Shown here: positions 1-8,423 of the stretch, one piece after another
Layout of the letters: each line of letters begins with the position of its first letter
Position numbering within the stretch: the first letter of the stretch is position 1
Source of the DNA: an uncultured Archangium sp.
GTDB taxonomy: Bacteria > Myxococcota > Myxococcia > Myxococcales > Myxococcaceae
DNA: 64,000 nucleotides
Reading direction: 5' to 3'
Assembly: GCA_903861945.1 (NCBI GenBank)
Contig: CAIOWM010000156.1
Location: forward strand, 27,198 to 91,197
Program-made: the position numbers and the translations under genes
Notes under the pieces: model-generated
Databases searched by the model: none
The model's input: only the letters and a program-made list of their open reading frames with translations
Told to the model about the DNA's origin: nothing

Positions 1-1
1 C

Positions 2-619
2 TACGACACCGCCCACGGCACGCCGGGCGCGGACGACAACGGCTCGGGTGTCGCGGTGGCCCTCGCGCTGGCGGAGATCTTCTCCACCCGCACGCCCGAG
101 CGCACCGTGCGCTTCATCTTCTTCACCAACGAAGAGCCGCCCCACTTCCGCACCACGTCGATGGGCAGCGTGGTGAACGCGGGCGCGTGCCGGGGGCGGC
201 ACGATGACGTCAAGGCCATGCTCTCGCTCGAGACGCTGGGCTACTTCAGCGACGAGGCGGGCTCACAGCGCTACCCGTGGCCGCTCTCCCTGGTCTACCC
301 GTCGCAGGGCAACTTCGTGGCCTTCGTGGGCAACGTCGAGTCGCGCGAACTGGTGCGCGACTGCGTGCGCACGTTCCGCGCGATGGCCCAGGTGCCCAGC
401 GAGGGCGCGTCGCTGCCCGGCTCGCTGGAGGGCGTCGACTTCTCGGACCACGCGCCGTACTGGAAATACGGGTACCCGGCGCTGATGGTGACCGACACCG
501 CGCTGTTCCGAAACCCGCACTACCACGAGCCGACCGACGTCCCGGCGCGGGTGGACTTCCGCCGGCTGGCGTTGGTCACCGAGGGGCTGATCAGCGTGGT
601 CGAGTCGCTCGCGCAGTAA
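2..619 (+). CDS. M28-family aminopeptidase, C-terminal part (5' end lies outside the window)
   Basis: The frame is open from the window edge. Translation gives YDTAHGTPGADDNGSGVAVALALAE...HAPYWKYGYPALMVTD...NPHYHEPTDV, which carries the M28 zinc-peptidase motifs (DDNGSG, HxxxD). Stop is TAA at 617-619. Confidence 0.8.
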   Translation, partial: YDTAHGTPGADDNGSGVAVALALAEIFSTRTPERTVRFIFFTNEEPPHFRTTSMGSVVNAGACRGRHDDVKAMLSLETLGYFSDEAGSQRYPWPLSLVYPSQGNFVAFVGNVESRELVRDCVRTFRAMAQVPSEGASLPGSLEGVDFSDHAPYWKYGYPALMVTDTALFRNPHYHEPTDVPARVDFRRLALVTEGLISVVESLAQ

Positions 620-720
620 CGGGGAGGCGATGGGTCTCGAGGTGCACCTCGGCCGCGGGCTCGAGTCGGTCGACGGGGGCTCCTTCCCTCGCGAAAAGCT
701 GCGAAGTTCGCGCTCCCCCC

Positions 721-2574
721 ATGAACCAGACTCGGCTCGGCCTCGCGCTCTCGCTCATCGTCCTCGCCGGTTGCCCCTCCACGCCGCCCGCCGTCGTTGA
801 TGCGGGCCAGGTCTGCCCGGCCACCACCACGGCCTGCGGGGAGGCCTGCGTGACCCTCTCGTCCGACGACACGAACTGCGGCAGCTGCGGCAAGGCCTGC
901 GGTGCGGCAGGGCGCTGCGTGGTCGGGGCCTGCTACCCGAAGAACTGCCCGGGCACGACCTGCGCCGCGGACCAGGTCTGCCTCGGCAGCACCTGCGTCG
1001 AAGCGCGCTGCGTCGGCGTGAGCTGCGGGGTGGGCCGGCACTGCACGGCCGGGCAATGCATGGCTGACAGCTGCAGCGACCAACGGCGCGACGGTGACGA
1101 GTCTGACGTCGACTGTGGCGGCGCGTGCGCCGATTGTGCCGACGGGCGCACCTGTGGGGCCGCGAGCGACTGCGCCTCGGCCCGCTGCCTCGCGGGCCTG
1201 TGCACGGCCTGCCAGTCAGCTGACGACTGCGCCGCGACCGCGGCCTGTGCGTCGGGCGCGTGCGGGGCCTGCCGCAGCAGCGTCGACTGCCGCGCCGGCC
1301 AGGCCTGTCTCGACGGCGGCGCGTGCGGGGCGTGCAGCCAGAACGCCGACTGCGCCGGCACGAGCTGTCTCGCCACGGGCGCCTGCGGCCTTTGCCTCAA
1401 CCAGGGCGACTGTCCGGGCGGGCTCCTGTGCCTGGGCGGTGGCTGCCTGGGCGACCCCTGCGCCTCGTCGAACGGCGGCTGCAGCACCAGCGCCACCTGC
1501 ACCGCACAGCAAGACGGCGGCCCGGGCTGCGCGTGCCGGCCCGGCTTCAGCGGTGATGGCGTGCAGTGCAGTGACATCGACGAGTGCCAGCAGGGCACGG
1601 CCGGCTGCGCGGTGAGCGCGTCGTGCACCAACACCGTCGGCGGGTCGAGCTGCGCCTGCAACGTGGGCTTCGAAGGCAACGGCCGGGTGTGCGCCGACGT
1701 GAACGAGTGTGCGTTGGGGAGCGCGGGCTGCGACGCGAACGCGACCTGCACCAACACCGATGGTGGCAGCAGCTGCGCCTGCAACGCGGGCTACACCGGC
1801 TCGGGAACGAGCTGCGCCCTGGTCGTGGTGACGCTCGCCATCACCAGCAGCACGCAGAACTACGACGCCTTCATCGCCGCGGGCTCGCCCACCTCGCCGC
1901 GACGGGTGCAGGTGACGATCAACGCTGGCGTGGTGGTCTCCTCCGCGCAGGCCGGGCTCCCGGCGTTCAGCTCCGGGGCGCTGCCTCCAGGCTCCGTGGT
2001 CGAACTGGTGAACAACGGGGTCATCATCGGCGCCGGCGGCTCGGGCGGCATGGGGGCCGGCGTCGATACCCGCGCCGCCCAGAGCTCCTTCCCGCCCATC
2101 GCCGGGCAGGGCGGCGGTGACGCCATCCGCTCCAGCGTGCCCCTGAGCATCACCAACGCGGGCACCATCTTCGGCGGCGGCGGTGGTGGCGGTGGCGGCG
2201 GGGAGTCGCACCAGGTCAACAACCTCGCCGGTGGTGGCGGCGGTGCGGGCGGGGCGGGCACGGCCAACAGCTCGGGCGGCGCTGGAGGGCCGGGCTTCTC
2301 CGGCGCGCAGTACGCGAACGGCGCGCCCGGCAGCGGCGGCGGCCTGAGCCCCGGTACGCCGGGGCCCGGCGGCAACTATGCCGGGGTGGCCATCGGGGGC
2401 GCGGGCGGGACGGCCGGTGGCTACGGCCTGCCAGGCGCGAGCGGTGGCGCGAGCAACATCGGTACGGCCGGCGCGGCGGGTGGCGCTGCCGGCTACTCGG
2501 TGCGCACCAGCGGCGCGGGCATCACCTGGGTGTCCGGCAACGGCGCGAGCCTCGTGAAGGGCCCGCAAGACTGA
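721..2574 (+). CDS. Secreted lipoprotein with Cys-rich repeats, two calcium-binding EGF-like domains and a Gly-rich C-terminal region
   Basis: ATG at 721 gives MNQTRLGLALSLIVLAGC, a signal peptide plus lipobox. This is followed by serial CxxxC/GxC repeats such as GACGACRSSVDCRAGQAC. Two cbEGF-like units follow (DIDECQQGTAGC...CTNTVGGSSCAC and DVNECALGSAGC...). The tail is poly-Gly/Ala (GGGGGGGGGGES...GGAGGPGFSG). The upstream part of ORF 277..2574 is out-of-frame overlap and not part of the gene. Confidence 0.8.
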   Translation: MNQTRLGLALSLIVLAGCPSTPPAVVDAGQVCPATTTACGEACVTLSSDDTNCGSCGKACGAAGRCVVGACYPKNCPGTTCAADQVCLGSTCVEARCVGVSCGVGRHCTAGQCMADSCSDQRRDGDESDVDCGGACADCADGRTCGAASDCASARCLAGLCTACQSADDCAATAACASGACGACRSSVDCRAGQACLDGGACGACSQNADCAGTSCLATGACGLCLNQGDCPGGLLCLGGGCLGDPCASSNGGCSTSATCTAQQDGGPGCACRPGFSGDGVQCSDIDECQQGTAGCAVSASCTNTVGGSSCACNVGFEGNGRVCADVNECALGSAGCDANATCTNTDGGSSCACNAGYTGSGTSCALVVVTLAITSSTQNYDAFIAAGSPTSPRRVQVTINAGVVVSSAQAGLPAFSSGALPPGSVVELVNNGVIIGAGGSGGMGAGVDTRAAQSSFPPIAGQGGGDAIRSSVPLSITNAGTIFGGGGGGGGGGESHQVNNLAGGGGGAGGAGTANSSGGAGGPGFSGAQYANGAPGSGGGLSPGTPGPGGNYAGVAIGGAGGTAGGYGLPGASGGASNIGTAGAAGGAAGYSVRTSGAGITWVSGNGASLVKGPQD

Positions 2575-2931
2575 GCCACGCCGCGGGTTGCGCTTCAGCG
2601 GGCCCAGGCCGCGCGGGCGTCCCTGGTGCACGCCTCGAGGTCTCGCGCCGGTTGACCGAGCAACTGGCCCAGGGTGGGGTCGCCGCGTCTCCGTGCCGCA
2701 GCCCCAAGTGGAGCACCGTCCAGATGATGGCCTGCATCGCGGCCGCCTGTCGCCGGCACGTAGTGAATGCCGCGCCCCGTCAGCTCGCGCAGCAGCGTCG
2801 CCGCCTGGTCGAAGCTGCACGTGCGGGGACCGGTGAGCCGGTACGCCCGGCACCGAGCTTCTGCGCCTGACTGACTCGCCGGGGTCGGGCCATCGCCGTT
2901 CCTCAATGCCCGTTCGGGAATCACGGCCTCC

Positions 2932-3351
2932 TCATTGGCTGCGGCTGCCCGCTTCCTTCACGCGCTCCACCAGCACCCGCATCACCTGCCGCTGCAGCTC
3001 CGGGCTCTGCGACATCAGCAGCAGCAGGTGGCTGGAGGTCAGCTCGAGCAGCTCGCACGACTCTTCGCAGATGGCGTCGGCGCTCCGCGGGTCGTGGGTC
3101 AACGCCGCCAGCTCGCCGAAGCACTCCCCCGGCACCAGGTGCACCAGGTGACGATGGTCGTCTCGAATGGCGACCTTGCCGCGCAGGAGCAGGAACACCG
3201 ACGCGCCCGGGTCTCCCGCGCGAAACACGGCGGCCCCTTTCACGTAGCTGCGCCCGCTCAGCTTCGCGGCGACCGCGCCCAGGTCGTCGTCGTCGAGCCC
3301 GGCGAAGAGCGCGGCACGGCGCAGGAAGTCCACTCGCTGGGAGGTGTGCAT
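2932..3351 (-). CDS. Cyclic-nucleotide-binding (CAP/cNMP-binding) domain protein
   Basis: The 139-aa ORF contains a cNMP-binding fold: FAGLDDDDLGAVAAKL...YVKGAAVFRAGDPGASVFLLLRGKVAI...GECFGELAAL. Confidence 0.65.
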   Translation of the reverse strand: MHTSQRVDFLRRAALFAGLDDDDLGAVAAKLSGRSYVKGAAVFRAGDPGASVFLLLRGKVAIRDDHRHLVHLVPGECFGELAALTHDPRSADAICEESCELLELTSSHLLLLMSQSPELQRQVMRVLVERVKEAGSRSQ

Positions 3352-3418
3352 CCGCCCCTTCTACTTCAGCAGGCGCCGGGTCGCGGCGACGCAGCGTCCG
3401 TGGTGAAGAGCGCGCTCC

Positions 3419-4156
3419 TCAGGGCGCGGCGCGGAGCAACGCGCGCACGGCCTCGACGTCCTCGAGGCGGTACTGCGCCGCGCTCTGGCGCTCCGGGCCC
3501 ACGAGCACGCCAGCGCCGTGGTGCTTCACCACCTCCGAGAACCCAGCTTCGTCGGTGAGGTCGTCGCCGAAGAAGATCGGCCGGCCTCCGAGGAACGGCG
3601 TGCGCTGCAGCAGCGCCCCGATGGCCGTGCCCTTGTCCGCGCCGCCGGGGCGCAGCTCGTACATCATCTTCCCGTGCTGGTTGACGAGGCCGGTCTCGCG
3701 CGCGAGGCGCTCGGTGAACGCCTCGCAGGCGCGCTGGAACTGGGGGGCCGGCCGGAAGTGCAGCCCGACGCCCAGCGCCTTGGGCTCGACGAAGAGACCC
3801 GGCTTGTCGGCGACGAAGACCTCCAGCGCACGCTGCGCCTCGTCGATCGCCGGGTCGCGCGCCGGGGACTCGATGTCCAGGTGGGGAGCCGCGAGTTCCA
3901 GCCCGTGGCTGCCGGCGAGCCAGAAGTCACCCAGCCCAAAGGTGCCGCGGAGCACCTCGATGGAACGTCCGCTGACGATGGCGAGCCGCCCCCCGAGCGA
4001 GGCGCGCACCTCCGCGAGCAGGGTGAGCAGCGGCCCATCGACCCGCGTGCCGTCCGGCGTCGGCGTCAGTTCGACCAGCGTGCCGTCGAAATCCAGGAAC
4101 AGCGCCGCACCCGCGAGGAAGCCCGCCGTCGGAGTGCCAAAGCCCATGGGTTTCAT
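3419..4156 (-). CDS. otsB: Trehalose-6-phosphate phosphatase (HAD-IIB)
   Basis: Starts MKPMGFGTPTAGFLAGAALFLDFDGTLVE..., the HAD motif I DxDGT. It continues ...GRLAIVSGRS...ADKGTAIGALL...PIFFGDDLTDEAGF, motifs II-IV. The longer ORF 3419..5431 is an upstream shadow. The start codon complement lies at 4154-4156. Confidence 0.8.
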   Translation of the reverse strand: MKPMGFGTPTAGFLAGAALFLDFDGTLVELTPTPDGTRVDGPLLTLLAEVRASLGGRLAIVSGRSIEVLRGTFGLGDFWLAGSHGLELAAPHLDIESPARDPAIDEAQRALEVFVADKPGLFVEPKALGVGLHFRPAPQFQRACEAFTERLARETGLVNQHGKMMYELRPGGADKGTAIGALLQRTPFLGGRPIFFGDDLTDEAGFSEVVKHHGAGVLVGPERQSAAQYRLEDVEAVRALLRAAP

Positions 4157-4348
4157 TCTGTGATTTCGACGCAGAAGGCAAATGCCACGCGCGGCGGGGC
4201 GGTCGTTGAGGCCCAGCAGAAAGATCTTCGCCGGCACTTCCGGGGACTCCGCGTGCGTCCGTGGGGCGTCGATTCGGTGACCATCGGAGTGGTGACGGGG
4301 TCTGGCTGAGAAGTCCGTCGCTCCCCCCAACGACGCCCCCGAGGTTTC

Positions 4349-5317
4349 ATGCGCCTGCGCCTGGAGTTCCCCGACAAGTTCCGCCTGTGGTCTGAGCTGG
4401 TGAAGGCCAACACCGACCGCGTGTTCATCGAGGCTCCGGCCGCGAGCGTGCGGTTGGGGGCGCGGGTGCCGGTGGAGCTGGTGGTCGGCGGCGTGCTGCT
4501 GGTGGCCATGGCCGACGTGGTGGGCCTGCGCACCGAGGGCGGCCGCTTCAAGCCCGGCGTGTGGGTGAACCTCGGCGACGACGAGGTGCTCAAGGTGCGC
4601 CGCTTCCTGGGGCTCGCCGAAGAGCCCACGCGGCCCAACGCCGGCCGCAGCGCGCACCGCGAGCCGTGCAACCTGAAGGTGGCGCTCAAGCGGCCGGACG
4701 TGCCGCACGCGGCGAAGCTGCGCAACCTCTCGCAGACCGGGGCGCTGCTCGAGACGACCGCGCCGCTCGCCGCGGGCCAGTTCATCGAGTTCGAGGTGAC
4801 GCTGGACGACGGCCGCGTCGTCGCCCTCTCGGCCGAGGTGCGCCGCGACCACGAGGAGGCGTACATCGGCGTGCAGTTCTCGGCGCTGAGCGACGTCGCG
4901 CGGGCGCACTTGAGCGCGCAGCTCGAGCGCCTCGCCGCCCGCCCCCCGAAGGCGCGCCAGCAGATCCTCGTCGCCGACGACGAGGCCGACTTGCGCGAGT
5001 TCCTCACCCGGGCGCTCTCGAAGCACGGCTACGAGGTGCTCAAGGCGTCGAGCGGCCGCGAGGCGATGTCCCTCATTCGCCAGGCGCGGCCGGCGCTGGT
5101 GCTGCTCGACATCCTCATGCCCGGCATGGACGGCGTGGACATCTGCAAGGCGATGCGCGCCGACGTCGAGCTGGCCGACATCCCCGTCATCTTCGCCTCG
5201 GCCCTCGACCCCGGCCGGCTGCACGTGGTCGCCGACGAGTCCGGCGCCACCGACTACCTGTCGAAGCCCATGACCCTGGGCGACCTCTTCAACATGGTGG
5301 GCCGCTACCTGAAGTGA
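4349..5317 (+). CDS. PilZ-like domain(s) fused to a C-terminal response-regulator receiver (REC)
   Basis: The N-terminal two-thirds has PilZ-like segments: ...RVFIEAPAASVRLGARVPVELVVGG... and ...CNLKVALKRPD...LRNLSQTGALLETTAPLAAGQFIEFEVTLDDG. The C-terminus is a REC domain: ILVADDEADLREFLTRAL...LVLLDILMPGMDGVDICKAMR...VIFASAL...DYLSKPM. Confidence 0.75.
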   Translation: MRLRLEFPDKFRLWSELVKANTDRVFIEAPAASVRLGARVPVELVVGGVLLVAMADVVGLRTEGGRFKPGVWVNLGDDEVLKVRRFLGLAEEPTRPNAGRSAHREPCNLKVALKRPDVPHAAKLRNLSQTGALLETTAPLAAGQFIEFEVTLDDGRVVALSAEVRRDHEEAYIGVQFSALSDVARAHLSAQLERLAARPPKARQQILVADDEADLREFLTRALSKHGYEVLKASSGREAMSLIRQARPALVLLDILMPGMDGVDICKAMRADVELADIPVIFASALDPGRLHVVADESGATDYLSKPMTLGDLFNMVGRYLK

Positions 5318-5423
5318 GCGCCGGCCCCGGCTGATCTGCCAGAGGCCTACATCGGCTCCCTCCACGGAGCGATTCAGCGCACACGGACCCGCGGGCGCTG
5401 CGCTACCGTTCACGAGGCATCCG

Positions 5424-8423
5424 ATGGGCACCTACCGACTCGCGAAGCAACTCAGTCCCCGGGGTCTCGTCACCGACGCCTGGGCCGGACTCTCTGACGA
5501 CGGGCGCGCGGTCACCGTGCTGCGCCGCAAGGACCCATGGGCGCAGGGCTCGGCCTTCCTCGAGCGCTTCACCACCTGGCAACGCGGGTGGTCGGCGCTG
5601 CGCGAGGCCGAAGGGGTGCTGCCGCTGTTCGAGGTGGGCCTCGCCGACGGCGCGGTGTGCGTGGTGCAGGACTTCATGGAGAGCGAGCCGGTGCGCACCG
5701 CGCTCGCCGGGCCCGCGCCTCCGGGCAAGACGCCCTTCTCCATCGTCGAGAGCCTGGCCATCGTCATCCAGGCTGCCCGCGGGCTGCGCTCGCTCTCGCA
5801 GCTCAACCCGCCGCTGATGCACGGCGACGTCTCGGCGAGCACGCTGCTGCTGGGCGCCGACGGCACGGTGCGGCTCGAGGCCATCGGCGTCGCCTCGGCG
5901 CACCCGCCCGACGCCACGCAGGGCCCCGCGCGCTCCGAGCTGTTGTGCCTCTCGCCCGAGGAGCTCGAGGGCCGCGCCGGTCCCACCACCGACGTCTTCC
6001 GCCTGGGCCTGGTGTGGCTGGAGCTGCTCACCGGCAAGCCCGCCTTCGGCGCGAACAACCACGCCGAGGTGAAGGCGCGCTTCGAGAAGTTCCCCGGGGT
6101 GACGGCGGGCCACTTCCCGTCGCTGCCGCCGCAGGTCGCCGCGGCGTTGGCCATGATGCTGTCGAAGGCGCCCACCGCGCGCCCCTCGATGACCGACCTC
6201 GCGTCGATGCTCGAGCAGATCGGCGCCACGCTCGGGCTCTTCGACGCCACGCGGCCGCTGGTCGACGCGTTCCCACGCCTCTTCCCGGGGCGCGCGCCCA
6301 CCCGCTCGCAGCTGCAGGGCGGCACGGTGATCACCGTGGGCCTGCCCGGGGCGAGCCTGACCGAGGGCGCGGTGAAGCTGGCGCGCATCACCACCAGGCG
6401 CGTCACCGCCGATGACGTCGCCGCCGAGCGCGCCGTGGAGGCCGTGGAAGCGGCCCGCGTCGCCGGGCGGGAGTGGTCGCTCAAGCACTCGCGCGACGAG
6501 GACAACCCGAAGGACTTCGCGCTCGGGGCGAACCTCATCGAGCTGCAGCGGCTGACGGTGGAGCAGGTCGACGCGGCGCTGCGGCACGCGCAGTCGCTGG
6601 GCGCGACGCTCTTCGATTCGTTGCTGGCGCTCGACACCCTCGATGAAGACGAGGTGCTCCCCATCGCCGCGGGGTTGCTCAAGCAGCAGTACCTCACCGG
6701 CCCGCAGATGCTGGAGCTGGCCCTGGGCAAGCCGCAGGCGGCGATGCTCCCGCGCGACGCGGCCGACGACTGGCAGGTCTTCCCCCTGAAGCTCGAGGCG
6801 GGCGGGCTGACCGTCGCGGTCATCGACCCGGCGCGCCTCGACGTGCTCGACGACCTCAAGCTGCGCGCCAAGGCCCGCTCGGTGACCGCCGTGCGCGCCA
6901 CCCAGCGCACCATCGAAGAGGGCTTCGCCCGCGTCTACGACGGGAAGACTTCGGCGCCCAGCTGGGCCGTGAAGGGCGCCCCCCAGGTGGAGTCGTTCGC
7001 CGCGCCCGTCCCGCCGCCCCCGGTGCCCGCGCCGATGTCCTTCGAGCTCGACGTCGCCGACGCGCCGCCCGAGCCGAGCCCCGGGCGCCTGGCGCTGAGC
7101 GCGTCAGGGGTGCTCGAGGCGATCTCCGCGCCGTCTCCGGCGGCCTGGGCCCCGCCGCCCTCGAACCCGCAGCCGTACGCGCCGCAAGGCTACGGACCTC
7201 CGCCGTCGAACCCGCAGCCCTACGCGCAGCCCGGCTACGGCCCCCCGCCGTCGAACCCGCAGCCGTATGCGCCGCAGTACGCGCCGCAGGGCCCCTCGCC
7301 GTACGGACCTCCGCCCTCGAACCCGGCGCAGTACGCGCCGCAGTACGCGCAGCAAGGGTACGGCCCTCCGCCGTCGAACCCCCAGCCGTACACGCAGCCC
7401 GGCTACGGACCGCCGCCCTCGAACCCACAGCCGTACGCGCATCAAGGCTACGGACCTCCGCCCTCCAACGCGCCGTATGCGCAGCCCGGCTACGGCCCTC
7501 CGCCCTCCAACGCGCCGCAGTACGCGCAGCCCGGGTACGGCCCTCCGCCCTCGAACCCCGCGCAGTACGCGCAGCCCGGCTACGGACCCCAGGCGGCGAG
7601 CGCGCCGCAGTACGCGCAGCCCGGCTACGGACCGCCTCCCTCGAACCCCGCGCTGTACGCCCCGCCCCCGTCGAGCCCGGCGCAGTACGCGGCGCAGTAC
7701 GCGCCGCCCGTGCCCGGGCCCGGGGACTCTGCGACGCAATCCCCGGGGCTCTACGCGCCGCCGCCGTCGAGCCCCGCGCAGTACGCCGCGCAGGCCTCCG
7801 CCGTGCCCCAGGCGCCGGCGGCGGCTCCCCAGGCGCCAGCACCGTCGAGCCCCGCGCCGGCCCCGGCCCCCTTCACGCCGCCGCAGCAGGCGCCGGTCGC
7901 CGCGGCGCCGGCGGTGCCCGTGGTGGCTCCCGCGGCATCGGCGGCCGAGCTGACGGGCTCCCTCGACGTGGCGCTGCGGCTCTTCGACGCGGCCCTGTCG
8001 GTGATGGGAGACCGGGGCCTCGAGGCCTCGGCGATGATCTCCCTGGTGCGCTCGGTGGCGAAGCAGGCCGGCGCCACCGGAGGCCCGATGGACCAGGTGC
8101 GGCTCTCGGTGACCGCGGTGGTCATCGCCGCGCTGCTCGAGGGGAAGCGCGCCTTCGAGGTGCCCTCGCGGCCGGCCGCCGCGGCGTGCCTCGGGCCGCA
8201 CTGGCGCGACTTCGAGGACTTCGTTCGCCCGCTGCTCGACGGTGACGAGACGCTGCCCTCGGACCCGCGCGGGGTGGTCATCTCGTTGTGCTTCGAGGTG
8301 GCCAACACCGTGGGGGCCGTGCCGAGGAACCTCGCCGACGCCACCCAGACGCTCGATGCGCTGCGCAGCCGCTACCCGCTGGCGGCCCTCGCCGCGCTGG
8401 AGATCGTGCTCGCTGCACAGTGA
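5424..8423 (+). CDS. Large multidomain protein: protein-kinase-like domain, a T2SS GspE-N-type domain, and Pro/Tyr/Gln-rich tandem repeats
   Basis: 999 aa. The N-terminus is kinase-like with degenerate catalytic motifs: ...LMHGDVSASTLLLGADGTVRLEAIGVA...CLSPEEL...DVFRLGLVWLELLTGKPAF. The middle resembles a GspE N-terminal domain: LIELQRLTVEQVDAALRHAQSLGATLFDSLLALDTLDEDEVLPIAAGLL. About eleven 15-aa units follow (GPPPSNPQPYAQPGY). The C-terminal segment is globular. Confidence 0.75.
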   Translation: MGTYRLAKQLSPRGLVTDAWAGLSDDGRAVTVLRRKDPWAQGSAFLERFTTWQRGWSALREAEGVLPLFEVGLADGAVCVVQDFMESEPVRTALAGPAPPGKTPFSIVESLAIVIQAARGLRSLSQLNPPLMHGDVSASTLLLGADGTVRLEAIGVASAHPPDATQGPARSELLCLSPEELEGRAGPTTDVFRLGLVWLELLTGKPAFGANNHAEVKARFEKFPGVTAGHFPSLPPQVAAALAMMLSKAPTARPSMTDLASMLEQIGATLGLFDATRPLVDAFPRLFPGRAPTRSQLQGGTVITVGLPGASLTEGAVKLARITTRRVTADDVAAERAVEAVEAARVAGREWSLKHSRDEDNPKDFALGANLIELQRLTVEQVDAALRHAQSLGATLFDSLLALDTLDEDEVLPIAAGLLKQQYLTGPQMLELALGKPQAAMLPRDAADDWQVFPLKLEAGGLTVAVIDPARLDVLDDLKLRAKARSVTAVRATQRTIEEGFARVYDGKTSAPSWAVKGAPQVESFAAPVPPPPVPAPMSFELDVADAPPEPSPGRLALSASGVLEAISAPSPAAWAPPPSNPQPYAPQGYGPPPSNPQPYAQPGYGPPPSNPQPYAPQYAPQGPSPYGPPPSNPAQYAPQYAQQGYGPPPSNPQPYTQPGYGPPPSNPQPYAHQGYGPPPSNAPYAQPGYGPPPSNAPQYAQPGYGPPPSNPAQYAQPGYGPQAASAPQYAQPGYGPPPSNPALYAPPPSSPAQYAAQYAPPVPGPGDSATQSPGLYAPPPSSPAQYAAQASAVPQAPAAAPQAPAPSSPAPAPAPFTPPQQAPVAAAPAVPVVAPAASAAELTGSLDVALRLFDAALSVMGDRGLEASAMISLVRSVAKQAGATGGPMDQVRLSVTAVVIAALLEGKRAFEVPSRPAAAACLGPHWRDFEDFVRPLLDGDETLPSDPRGVVISLCFEVANTVGAVPRNLADATQTLDALRSRYPLAALAALEIVLAAQ
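7141..7680 (+). repeat. In-frame 45-bp tandem repeat (~11-12 units) encoding PPPSNPQPYAQPGYG-type units
   Basis: The unit 'ccgccctcgaacccgcagccgtacgcgcagcccggctacggacct' and its variants recur directly in the sequence. Units differ by point substitutions and indels, with QY/AP variants. Confidence 0.85.

Noticed and set aside
277-2574. Upstream extension of the Cys-rich lipoprotein ORF back to 277, out of frame with the M28 peptidase gene.
   Set aside because: The extension is RG-rich nonsense overlapping the peptidase gene. A canonical ATG plus signal peptide and lipobox occurs at 721.
2595-2924. 109-aa minus ORF between the lipoprotein gene and the cNMP-binding gene. The short stretch FDQAATLLRELTGRGIHYVPATGG looked vaguely enzyme-like.
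   Set aside because: The similarity is too short and weak. A competing plus-strand ORF is equally plausible. The region is left uncalled as possibly a small gene or a remnant.
7141-7680. Regular short tandem repeats at 7141..7680, considered as a CRISPR array. The Gly-repeat at 46546..46660 was considered the same way.
   Set aside because: Units are contiguous with no spacers. They are in frame inside long ORFs and encode Pro/Tyr or Gly repeats. There are no cas genes.
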